This document shows, in pieces, positions 18,471-26,878 of a DNA stretch of 64,000 nucleotides. Within the stretch, counting starts at the first letter, position 1. The number at the start of each line of letters is the position of its first letter. Source of the DNA: an uncultured Gemmatimonadales bacterium (GTDB taxonomy: Bacteria > Gemmatimonadota > Gemmatimonadetes > Longimicrobiales > RSA9); assembly GCA_963741945.1 (NCBI GenBank), contig CAVUKA010000008.1:32001-96000 (forward strand), in the 5' to 3' direction. The notes under the pieces are model-generated. The model was given only the letters and a program-made list of their open reading frames with translations, was not told the DNA's origin and searched no databases. Made by a program: the position numbers and the translations under genes.

Positions 18471-19925
18471 ATGAAGCGCGTCGTCCTGATCGGCGGCGGG
18501 ATCACCGGACTGTCCACGGCCGTGCACCTGAACGACGGGGCGGACGCCATCCCGGGCGGTCTGGACGTCGTCGTCCTGGAAGCCCGGGAGCGGCCGGGCG
18601 GCAACATACAGACGGACCGGCCGGACGGGTTCCGGGTGGAGATGGGCCCCAACGGGTTCCTCGACAACGCGCCGGCCACGCTCGCACTGGTGGACCGCAT
18701 AGGTCTCACCGATCGGCTGCAGCGCGCCAACGACAACGCCGCGCGACGGTTCATCTACCGCAACGGCCGACTGCACGAGGTCCCCACGGGGCCCGCGGGC
18801 TTTCTGAAGAGCCAGGTGCTGAGCCTGCCGGGTCGCCTGCGGGTGTTCGGTGAGCCGTTCGCTCGATCGCGACCGGACGATATGGACGAAACGGTGTTCG
18901 ACTTCGCCGCCCGCCGCATCGGGCCGGAAGCGGCCGGCGTTCTCGTGGATGCCATGGTCTCCGGCGTCTTCGCCGGCAACGTCCATGAGCTCAGTCTCCA
19001 GAGCAGCTTCCCGAAGATGGCCCGCATGGAGGCCGAGCACGGCGGACTGGTCAAGGCCATGATCGCCGGGATGAAGAAGCGGCGGTCCGCCAGGAAGGAA
19101 GCGGCCGAGCGACGCGCCCGCGGTGAGGATGTGGCCGAGCTCACCGCCCCCGGCGGTCCCGCCGGGCCGGGCGGCACCCTGACTTCGTTCCGCGATGGGC
19201 TGGACACGCTGGTCCAGGGTCTCGCCGACGCAGTCGGTGACCGCCTCCGCACCGACAGTCCCGTCCGCACTGTCCAGCGCGCGGACCAGGGCCACTGGGA
19301 TGTCGTGCTCGAGAACGGCGAAACACTCCGCGCCGATGCCGTGGTCGTGACCACGCCGGCTCCCATCGCCGCGCCGCTGCTCCAGCAGGTCGACCCCACG
19401 CTCGCCGCGACAGTGGACGAGATCCGGACCGCCGGCCTGGCCGTGGTGGCCCTCGGATTTCGCCGGCGCGCGCTCCCCGATATCGATCTGGACGGCTTCG
19501 GATTCCTCGTTCCCCGCGACACGGGGCCGGACATCCTGGGCTGCCTGTGGGATTCGAGCGTCTTCCCCGGACGCGCGCCGGAAGGGAAGGTCCTCCTCCG
19601 CTGCATGATCGGGGGAGCGCACGACCCCGAAGCCGTCCGCACTCCCGAGCCGGCGCTCCTCGAGCGCGTGCGCCACGACCTCCAGACCACCATGGGGATC
19701 CCGGCCCGCGTCGAGCCCGCCCTCACCCGCGTCTACCGCTGGCCGCTGGGTATCGGGCAGTACACCACCGGGCACCAGGATCGGCTGGACCGCATCCACG
19801 GCCGACTCCGTGAGAACCCGGGGATCTGGGTGGCAGGCAGCTCCTTCTACGGCATCAGCATGAATGCCTGCTTCGAGAAAGCGCCCCAGCAGGCGAAGGA
19901 GATCCTGGCCTACCTCGCGGGCTGA
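18471..19925 (+). CDS. hemY: protoporphyrinogen oxidase, HemY type (FAD)
   Basis: IGGGITGL, EMGPNGF, GFGFLVP, WDSSVFPGRAP. Confidence 0.93.
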   Translation: MKRVVLIGGGITGLSTAVHLNDGADAIPGGLDVVVLEARERPGGNIQTDRPDGFRVEMGPNGFLDNAPATLALVDRIGLTDRLQRANDNAARRFIYRNGRLHEVPTGPAGFLKSQVLSLPGRLRVFGEPFARSRPDDMDETVFDFAARRIGPEAAGVLVDAMVSGVFAGNVHELSLQSSFPKMARMEAEHGGLVKAMIAGMKKRRSARKEAAERRARGEDVAELTAPGGPAGPGGTLTSFRDGLDTLVQGLADAVGDRLRTDSPVRTVQRADQGHWDVVLENGETLRADAVVVTTPAPIAAPLLQQVDPTLAATVDEIRTAGLAVVALGFRRRALPDIDLDGFGFLVPRDTGPDILGCLWDSSVFPGRAPEGKVLLRCMIGGAHDPEAVRTPEPALLERVRHDLQTTMGIPARVEPALTRVYRWPLGIGQYTTGHQDRLDRIHGRLRENPGIWVAGSSFYGISMNACFEKAPQQAKEILAYLAG

Positions 19926-19935
19926 ACCGATCCGA

Positions 19936-20448
19936 TTAGGTCGTCGACTCCCGTTCGGTCACGGCGCCGGGCGCCGGTCGGTTCCGGCTCCAGATCCAGA
20001 ACTCCACGCTGCTGGTGAGGAGCGCGAGCGAGATCATCAGCTCCAGCGACCCGACCGCTGTTTCAGCCCAGAAACCACCGGTATCGGCCAGGGTCCGTAG
20101 GAGGATCCCCGCGACCACCATCGGGATCAGGGCCAGGAAGAAGCCCGGACGGAAGAACTGCCAGACGCGGGGGTCGTCGAGAGTGTGAATGCGGGCGAGA
20201 TTCTTCCGGCACCCCCGCGCAAACGCCGCGCGTCCGCGCAGGCTGCCCACGACGAGGCCGACCCCGGCCACGAGCCAGGGCACCACCTCGTGGACGTGCA
20301 GGTCGGCGGCGGCAAGGACGTAGCTGCTCCCCTTGAGCAGGAGCGCGATCCCGCCTCCGTACCAGACCGTGGCGGCGAGCACGGTGAGCGTGCGCCTCGA
20401 AGCCCTCAATCCCCCCCCCGGTGGTGTGCGGCCAGCGGTCGGCCGCAC
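19936..20448 (-). CDS. hypothetical membrane protein (about 4 TM)
   Basis: Four hydrophobic segments; co-oriented and 36 bp downstream of the cyc2-like gene. Confidence 0.7.
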   Translation of the reverse strand: MRPTAGRTPPGGGLRASRRTLTVLAATVWYGGGIALLLKGSSYVLAAADLHVHEVVPWLVAGVGLVVGSLRGRAAFARGCRKNLARIHTLDDPRVWQFFRPGFFLALIPMVVAGILLRTLADTGGFWAETAVGSLELMISLALLTSSVEFWIWSRNRPAPGAVTERESTT

Positions 20449-20484
20449 GGAAAGTAACCGGACCGGGAGGGGCGAGAAAGGCGT

Positions 20485-21903
20485 TTAGAACAGGATCCAG
20501 GCCACCAGGTAGAACGTGTTGTTGTCGGACGCGTTCCGGCCCTGGCCGTCATAGTCGGTGGACGCCCCGTTGAAGCGGGAGTACGCCGTGTACTGGACGG
20601 TGAACTTCGTGTTCAGCCACGGCGTGAAGCTCGCCTGGCCGATCAGCCCGCTGCTGTCGGGCGATCCCGTCCGGCTGCCGTCGACGGCTCCGGCCGCGTA
20701 CACCGATGGCGCAGTGGTTCCCGTGGTCCTGAACGGGGCCAGTGTCAGGCCCAGCCAGCTCTCGCGGAAGAACGTGGCATCCAGGCGGAACGTGTCCAGC
20801 TTTCGCTCGTTGACGCTGCCGCCGGCCAGAACCCAGCCGGGGTGGACGTTCTCGTGGATCCAGGTCGCATGGGTCGAGAGGGCGTCGGCGCTGCCGACGT
20901 GGTGGAGCCAGGAGGCGTCCAGCGCGATGTCGTCGACCTGGTCGGTGGTCCCGGCCGGGGCCGGGTCCTCGGCCATGCGGTCCGCGACCATGCCATACGC
21001 CCCGACGTGGGCGTAGTCGCGGCTCCAGTTGTGCTGCAGGGCGATGCGCCAGTAGGGGGCGACGCCGCTGATGTCGCCACTCGCGTTGTCCGGCAGCGGC
21101 CTGCCCACGCCGGTGGGAGCGGAGCGATAGGCCCCGGCTTCGAGATAGACCTTCTGCGCCCACAGGCCGTAGACGGTGAGTCCGGCCACTTCCTGGGCCA
21201 GGTTCCCGGCGAGCAGCGGCGATGCGGCCGGTGCCGGCGCCGCGGGTGAGCTCGCGTAGGGGAATCCCCAGACGGGGGTGCTGTTCCAGAGATCCTGCAC
21301 CGTGGGCGCGTTGTTCAGCGACAAGCCCCAGTGCAGCGGCTGACCGAACGCTTTCGTCTGGTCAGCGAAGCGCAGGTCGGCGTTGTCCAGGCCGAAGTCG
21401 CCCTCGACCCCGTCGTAGGTGACCTGCGCGAAGCCACCGAGGCGCGGTGTGATCTCGCCACCGAGGAACAGGCTGAGCTGGTCCGGGAGCAGGACGTCGC
21501 CGTTGCGGCTGTCCGGCTGCGAGGCGGCGGTGACCGTGTACGATGTCTGTACCATGAAGGAGAGCGCCGGGATGGCGCCGATGAGGAGCAGGGTCCGATC
21601 TCCCGACTTCGCCTCCACGGTCTCACCCTGGCGCAGGGTGTACCCGTCCAGCTTGAACGCGCGGCCGAACGCCGTCAGTTCGGGGAACTGGGTGTGGCAC
21701 ATGTTGCACGCCATCCCCGTCTGGCGGGCGAACGTTGGCGTGGGCGTGGCGGCCTCCAGCAGGCGAGAGAATGCCGCCGTACCGGCGGCGACGGACCGCG
21801 GCGGCCGCTCGGCCGCTGCCGGGGTGGCGGCGACCACAAGGGCCACCGCCATGGACAGGAACCGGGACAGCGCGCTCCGCACAGCGCTCGTTCCGCGCAT
21901 CAT
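20485..21903 (-). CDS. cyc2: Cyc2-like fused monohaem cytochrome c / outer-membrane porin
   Basis: GGAGGAG RBS, signal peptide, PTFARQTGMACNMCHTQFPELTAFGRAFKLDGY, then beta-strand-rich sequence ending in YLVAWILF. Confidence 0.85.
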   Translation of the reverse strand: MMRGTSAVRSALSRFLSMAVALVVAATPAAAERPPRSVAAGTAAFSRLLEAATPTPTFARQTGMACNMCHTQFPELTAFGRAFKLDGYTLRQGETVEAKSGDRTLLLIGAIPALSFMVQTSYTVTAASQPDSRNGDVLLPDQLSLFLGGEITPRLGGFAQVTYDGVEGDFGLDNADLRFADQTKAFGQPLHWGLSLNNAPTVQDLWNSTPVWGFPYASSPAAPAPAASPLLAGNLAQEVAGLTVYGLWAQKVYLEAGAYRSAPTGVGRPLPDNASGDISGVAPYWRIALQHNWSRDYAHVGAYGMVADRMAEDPAPAGTTDQVDDIALDASWLHHVGSADALSTHATWIHENVHPGWVLAGGSVNERKLDTFRLDATFFRESWLGLTLAPFRTTGTTAPSVYAAGAVDGSRTGSPDSSGLIGQASFTPWLNTKFTVQYTAYSRFNGASTDYDGQGRNASDNNTFYLVAWILF

Positions 21904-22146
21904 CTCCTCCAGGATGTCCGGGGAAGGACGGGAGGGTGACTCCGGAGACGTGCCGGCGAACGCGGCGGTACCGAAGCTCCCGCGCCGTCGCGTTCATTAC
22001 GTTCCGCGCTCCGCGGAACTCCTGACCAAGCTAAGGGGCAAGGCCCGGGGACGCACGAGGCCCGCGGACGCACGTCACGCCGCGCGCCGTCGCGGAAGGG
22101 AGAAGGGGCTGGCGGCAGGGGAAGGCGCGTGCCATCCTATGACCCC

Positions 22147-22229
22147 GCCGGGGTGGCGAAACGGCAGACGCGGGGGACTTAAAATCCCCTGGGCTTCGGC
22201 CCGTGTGGGTTCGACCCCCACCCCCGGCA
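22147..22229 (+). tRNA. tRNA-Leu (TAA), CCA not encoded
   Basis: Acceptor stem GCCGGGG/CCCCGGC, anticodon arm GGGGA-CTTAAAA-TCCCC, long variable arm GGGCTTCGGCCC, T-loop TTCGACC. Confidence 0.95.
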
Positions 22230-22231
22230 CT

Positions 22232-22269
22232 ACAAGGGCCGCAACGGTTTACGCCGCTGCGGCCCTTGT
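22232..22269. terminator. hairpin between tRNA-Leu and the convergent PDZ gene
   Basis: ACAAGGGCCGCA ... TGCGGCCCTTGT inverted repeat. Confidence 0.6.
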
Positions 22270-22299
22270 CCGTCGAGGCCCGGGTGCGGACCGGCGGTC

Positions 22300-23205
22300 T
22301 CACTCCCCCGGTGCCCCCCGGTGGCCACTTACGGTGGTCCGCTTCTTCTGGCGCATGATCTGGAAGCGGATGGTCTCGTCCGGTCGGTAGGACGCCATGA
22401 TCTCCCGGGCGTGTTCTGCGTCCATCACGTCGCGGCCGTCGATGGAGAGGATCACATCGCCCGCCCGAAGTCCGAGGCTGTCGGCGCGCACCGCGGTCAC
22501 GAGCACGCCATTGCTGGTGCCGAAGTAGGCGCCGAGCTCCGGATTCATGTCCACCAGCTCCAGCCCTCCGGCGCGCCCGCCGAAGAACAAGCGCATGCCG
22601 GGCGCGTCGTGGCCCGAGCGCAGCTCCCAGACGCCGCCCGGCTGTCCCGGTCGTCCCGGCGCGCCGGGCGCCACGCGGATCCGGTCGAGGTCCGGCCGGG
22701 CGCGCACCATCAGCTCGCCGGGTGGGGTGCGTGCGGCCACCACGCTGGCTTCGAGGGTGCGGCCGTCACGGCGGTAGGAGATGGCGACGGTGTCGCCGGG
22801 CTCCACGTCGCCCATCCGATCCACGATGGCGTCCGCGGGCTCGTCGCCCAGCGCTTTCCCGTTCATGCCGGTGATGACATCGCCTCCGCGCAGCCCGGCA
22901 CGTTCGGCGGGTCCACCCGTCACGACCTCATCCACCCGCACGCCGCTGCGCCCGTCGACCTGGACGTCATCGCCCAGCACCAGCCCCAGCCGGGCCCGGT
23001 TCCCCGTGACAGGGAAGGGCAGCGCCCCCGGCGAGACCAGGGCGGGCATGCCGCGGGCCGGTGGGGCGCCGGGCGTGCAGATGCAGGTCTGGCTCTCCCG
23101 CACCGTGTCCGCTTCCTGAGCGCGGGCCTGGACGGTGGTGATCGCAGTCATGACGGCGATTGCGGGCAGGGCGCGCGCAATCGCTCGCAGAGAGGCGGCG
23201 GACAT
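22300..23205 (-). CDS. secreted protein with two PDZ domains
   Basis: AAAAGGAG RBS, signal peptide ending ARA-Q, PAERAGLRGGDVIT and GLRAGDVILSIDG PDZ motifs. Confidence 0.85.
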   Translation of the reverse strand: MSAASLRAIARALPAIAVMTAITTVQARAQEADTVRESQTCICTPGAPPARGMPALVSPGALPFPVTGNRARLGLVLGDDVQVDGRSGVRVDEVVTGGPAERAGLRGGDVITGMNGKALGDEPADAIVDRMGDVEPGDTVAISYRRDGRTLEASVVAARTPPGELMVRARPDLDRIRVAPGAPGRPGQPGGVWELRSGHDAPGMRLFFGGRAGGLELVDMNPELGAYFGTSNGVLVTAVRADSLGLRAGDVILSIDGRDVMDAEHAREIMASYRPDETIRFQIMRQKKRTTVSGHRGAPGE

Positions 23206-23332
23206 GTTCGTGCTCCTTTTCGGATCGCTGGTGCGGCGGCCGTTGTGACCGCTCGACTCTTGGATGCGCGCGCCCGCCAGCACCGTTGCCCGCGCTTGCC
23301 GGGGTCCGGCGCCCGCGGGTAGGTTGCCCTCC

Positions 23333-23722
23333 GTGGACACGACTCTGGACATCCTCGCGGTCGCGGGGATCGCGGCCGCCGCCTGGGGTTTCCTGCGGGC
23401 GGCGTTCCGATTCCTGCGTCACGGCGCGACCGGCATCTGGACGGACGAGATGGCTCGAATGCAGGCCCGACGGGGCGACCTGACAGCGCTCCGGGAGACG
23501 GAGCGGGAGCGCCGCGCGGCACGGCGGGGGAGTGCGAGCGCGGCCGCGGCCTCCGTTGCGTGGGCCGCCCTCGTCGTCGTGCCTTCGTTCACGGCGTGGG
23601 CCAGACCGGTGTACGCAGCCTGCGCAGTGCTCTGGCTGGTGCCGCTGATGCACCGGCGGCGTGGCGATGGGGACGGTCCGTCGCGGGGACGCGCCGGATC
23701 CTCGGATGGGGGCCGCCAGTGA
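23333..23722 (+). CDS. small hypothetical membrane protein
   Basis: Hydrophobic segments (LDILAVAGIAAAAWGFL, VAWAALVVVP, VYAACAVLWLVP); its stop overlaps the rnz GTG. Confidence 0.6.
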   Translation: MDTTLDILAVAGIAAAAWGFLRAAFRFLRHGATGIWTDEMARMQARRGDLTALRETERERRAARRGSASAAAASVAWAALVVVPSFTAWARPVYAACAVLWLVPLMHRRRGDGDGPSRGRAGSSDGGRQ

Positions 23723-24645
23723 TCCGGGTGGTGTTCCTGGGCACGGCGGCGAGCCGTCCCACCGTGTCGCGCAACGTGAGTGCGGTGCTGGTGCACCGTC
23801 TGGGCGAGGCGCTGCTGTTCGATTGCGGCGAGGGTACGCAGAGACAGATGATGCGCTACGGCACCGGCTTCGCCGTGAACGACATCTTCTTCACGCACAT
23901 GCACGCGGACCACCTCCTGGGGCTGCCCGGGCTGCTGCGCACCATGGGGCTCCAGGGGCGCGAAGCGCCCATGCGGCTCTATTGCAGCCGTGGCGAAGGG
24001 AAGACGGTGAACGAAGCGGTCCACCTGGGGGTGGAGCGGGTCCCGTTCGAGGTCAGCATACGGGAGCTGGAGCCCGACGAGGCGGTGGAGCGGGACGGCT
24101 ACGACATCGTCGCCTACCGCACGCGCCACGGACGGTCTTCCCTCGGCTATGCGCTGGTGGAGCACCTGCGTCTCGGCCGCTTCGACCCGGAACGGGCCCG
24201 GGAGCTGGGCGTCCCCGAGGGTCCGCTTTTCGGGCGTCTCCATCACGGGAATCCGGTGGAGGTGGAGGGTCGCGTGATCACACCCGATGCGGTGGTTGGC
24301 CCGCCGCGGCCCGGGCGCCGGCTGGTGTACACCGGCGACACCCGTCCAACACGCAGCACGGTGAAGAACGCCAACGACGCCGACCTGCTCATCCACGAGG
24401 CGACGTTCGCGCAGGAGGAGGCGGCTCGCGCGAGGGAAACGGAGCATTCGACCGCGCGGGAGGCGGCACGCACCGCCCGTGATGCCGGCGTGCGGCGGCT
24501 CGTCCTGACGCACCTTTCGCCGCGCTACGGGCTGGATCCGACCGTCCTGGAGCAGGAGGCCCGCGCCGTTTTCCCCGACACGCAGATCGCGCGCGACGGG
24601 ATGGAGATCGAAGTCCCGTTCCGCGATGCCGCGAGCGAGGATTGA
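23719..24645 (+). CDS. rnz: ribonuclease Z
   Basis: FLGT, LFDCGEGTQRQ, THMHADH, exosite GVPEGPLFG, YTGDT, IHEATF, HST, LTHLSPRY. Confidence 0.95.
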   Translation: MIRVVFLGTAASRPTVSRNVSAVLVHRLGEALLFDCGEGTQRQMMRYGTGFAVNDIFFTHMHADHLLGLPGLLRTMGLQGREAPMRLYCSRGEGKTVNEAVHLGVERVPFEVSIRELEPDEAVERDGYDIVAYRTRHGRSSLGYALVEHLRLGRFDPERARELGVPEGPLFGRLHHGNPVEVEGRVITPDAVVGPPRPGRRLVYTGDTRPTRSTVKNANDADLLIHEATFAQEEAARARETEHSTAREAARTARDAGVRRLVLTHLSPRYGLDPTVLEQEARAVFPDTQIARDGMEIEVPFRDAASED

Positions 24646-25960
24646 CGTGACCGCTCGTGCAGGACCGGTGGAGATAACGGTGCCGGGCGACAAGTCCATC
24701 AGCCATCGCGCCCTCCTGCTGGCCGCGCTGGCCACGGGCGAAAGCCGCATCCGGGGCCTGCTCGACGCCGGCGACACCCGCGCCACGGCCAGTGCGCTCC
24801 GGACGCTCGGGTTCGCCCTCCCGGAACGGCTCGACGGGGAGATCCGGCTCCAGGGTCGCGGTCTGGACGGCGTGTGCGGGCGCGACCTGGCCGTGGACTG
24901 CGCCAACAGCGGAACCACGGCCAGGCTCCTGCTGGGGCTCCTGGCCGGCAGTGACGTGGAGGCGGTCCTGACCGGCGACGCTTCGCTCCGGCGCAGGCCG
25001 ATGCACCGCGTCATCGGACCGCTGGGCGTGGCGGGCGCGCACTTCGATGAGCTGGGCGACGAGGGGCGGCTCCCGATCCGCGTTCGAGGGCGTTCCCCGC
25101 TGGATCCGATCCGCACCGGGAACCCCCGCTCCAGCGCGCAGGTCAAGTCGTCGCTGCTGCTGGCCGGCCTCACGGGGCATGCCCCCGTGGAGGTCATCTC
25201 GCCGCTGCCATCGCGGGATCACACGGAGCGGATGCTGCAGGCCATGGGTGCGCCCGTTCGGGTTCAGCGGGCGACCACCGGCGGTGACGCGGGGGAGCGG
25301 GTGGTCAGCGGCGTGGCCGATTTTCTGCGGCCGCTCGAGCTCGAGGTGCCCGGCGACCTTTCCGCGGCGGCCTTCTTCGTGGGCTTCGGTGTGCTGATCG
25401 GTGCCGTCCGGATCCGTGGGGTGGGATTGAACCCGGGGCGGACGGGCGCGCTCGACGTGCTGCGGCGGATGGGGGGCACGGTGGAGACGCGCGAGACCGA
25501 GGAGCGAGCGGGTGAGCCTGTGGGCGTCGTGGAGGCGGCGCCCGGAGAGGGTCTGCGGGGCGTGCGAATCGGTCCGGAATCCATCCCGTCGCTCATTGAC
25601 GAGGTGCCCGTCCTCGCCGTTGTCGCCGCACTGGCGGAAGGGGAGACGCGCTTCGAGGGCGTGGCCGAGCTGCGCGTGAAGGAGAGCGACCGCGTGGCGG
25701 CGCTGTGCCAGAATCTGCGCGCGCTTGGCGTTGAAGCGGTGGAAGAGCAGGACGCGTTCACGGTGGTGGGTTTGCCCGGGCGGCGGCTTCGTGGTGAGGT
25801 GGATGCCCATGGCGATCACCGGATCGCCATGGCGTTCGGCGTCGTCGGCGCCCTCGATGGGAACGACATCGCCGTGCGCGGCATGGAGGCCTCGGCCATC
25901 AGCTATCCAGGTTTCTGGCGCGCGCTGGACGGCGCCGCACGCAAAATGGAGGAGTGTTGA
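24626..25960 (+). CDS. aroA: EPSP synthase
   Basis: VPGDKSISHRAL, NSGTTARL, SAQVKS, SRDHTERML, ELRVKESDR, DHRIAM. Confidence 0.96.
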   Translation: MPRARIDVTARAGPVEITVPGDKSISHRALLLAALATGESRIRGLLDAGDTRATASALRTLGFALPERLDGEIRLQGRGLDGVCGRDLAVDCANSGTTARLLLGLLAGSDVEAVLTGDASLRRRPMHRVIGPLGVAGAHFDELGDEGRLPIRVRGRSPLDPIRTGNPRSSAQVKSSLLLAGLTGHAPVEVISPLPSRDHTERMLQAMGAPVRVQRATTGGDAGERVVSGVADFLRPLELEVPGDLSAAAFFVGFGVLIGAVRIRGVGLNPGRTGALDVLRRMGGTVETRETEERAGEPVGVVEAAPGEGLRGVRIGPESIPSLIDEVPVLAVVAALAEGETRFEGVAELRVKESDRVAALCQNLRALGVEAVEEQDAFTVVGLPGRRLRGEVDAHGDHRIAMAFGVVGALDGNDIAVRGMEASAISYPGFWRALDGAARKMEEC

Positions 25961-26646
25961 TCGTTGCCATCGATGGCCCGGCCGGATCCGGGAAGACTTC
26001 GACGGCCCGGGAAGTGGCCAGGCGTCTGGGAATGCTGCACGTGGATTCCGGCGCGTTCTACCGCGCCCTCACCTACGCGCTCCTGGCCGGGGGCATACCG
26101 GAGGAGGCGTGGGATGGCATCTCCGGCGGACAACTGGACGCGCTCGCCGTGGACGCGGTCCGGGAGGGCGGCCGGCTCCGGTTGCGCGCCGGTGGGCGCT
26201 TGCTCGACCCGGAGCTGCGCACGCCGGAGATCAACGCCCGCGTCTCGCACGCGGCCCGCATCCCGACCGTCCGGGACTGGTTGCTGGAGCGCTTCCGCGA
26301 GCTGGCTCGCGCCGAGGACGTGGTGGCGGACGGCCGCGACATCGGTACTGTCGTATTTCCGGATGCCGAGCTGAAGGTGTTCCTCCTCGCGTCCCCGGAA
26401 ATCCGGGCACGACGCCGTCTGCGGGAGCAGGGGGAGGACGAGCCTGACCGCGATTCGCTGCTGGCGGAGATCGAGCGGCTGCGGGAGCGCGACCGACAGG
26501 ACACCGAGCGGGCCGTCGCCCCTCTGCGGGTGGCGGACGACGCGGTGCGCGTGGACACGACCGCACTCACGTTCGACGAGCAGGTGGGTGCCATCCTGGA
26601 GCTGGCCCGGGGCCGGGGCGCCGACCTCCCCCCGACCACCGGGTGA
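25954..26646 (+). CDS. cmk: cytidylate kinase
   Basis: AIDGPAGSGK, DSGAFYR, DGRDIGTVVFPDA. Confidence 0.95.
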   Translation: MLIVAIDGPAGSGKTSTAREVARRLGMLHVDSGAFYRALTYALLAGGIPEEAWDGISGGQLDALAVDAVREGGRLRLRAGGRLLDPELRTPEINARVSHAARIPTVRDWLLERFRELARAEDVVADGRDIGTVVFPDAELKVFLLASPEIRARRRLREQGEDEPDRDSLLAEIERLRERDRQDTERAVAPLRVADDAVRVDTTALTFDEQVGAILELARGRGADLPPTTG

Positions 26647-26738
26647 ACCGTTCCACCGCCCCATGCGGAACGGCCGGAGCCACGGGAGCGCCCGGCGGCC
26701 GACATGTCCGGTGCCCCACTCGCCGGTGTCGCGCGCGC

Positions 26739-26767
26739 TTGACCGGCTACGGGCGGGCGGATAGATT
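26739..26767 (+). promoter_or_regulatory. sigma70-type promoter upstream of rpsA
   Basis: TTGACC-17 nt-TAGATT. Confidence 0.7.
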
Positions 26768-26795
26768 TATGGGCTACCATTCTACGGAATGGGGC

Positions 26796-26822
26796 GGGGC
26801 GCGGGAAGCGCGCCCCTTTTTT
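26796..26822 (+). terminator. terminator-like hairpin inside the rpsA leader
   Basis: GGGGCGCG-GGAAG-CGCGCCCC followed by TTTTTT. Confidence 0.6.
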
Positions 26823-26878
26823 ACACGTGAACCGTCGGGGGTCTTCTCGGCCCAGCGACGAATGAGGGCATCCAGGAC

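Noticed and set aside
19936-23205. Genomic island integrated at tRNA-Leu carrying cyc2
   Set aside because: No integrase, no duplicated tRNA 3' end seen, no obvious GC shift, and cyc2 lies on the 5' side of the tRNA.
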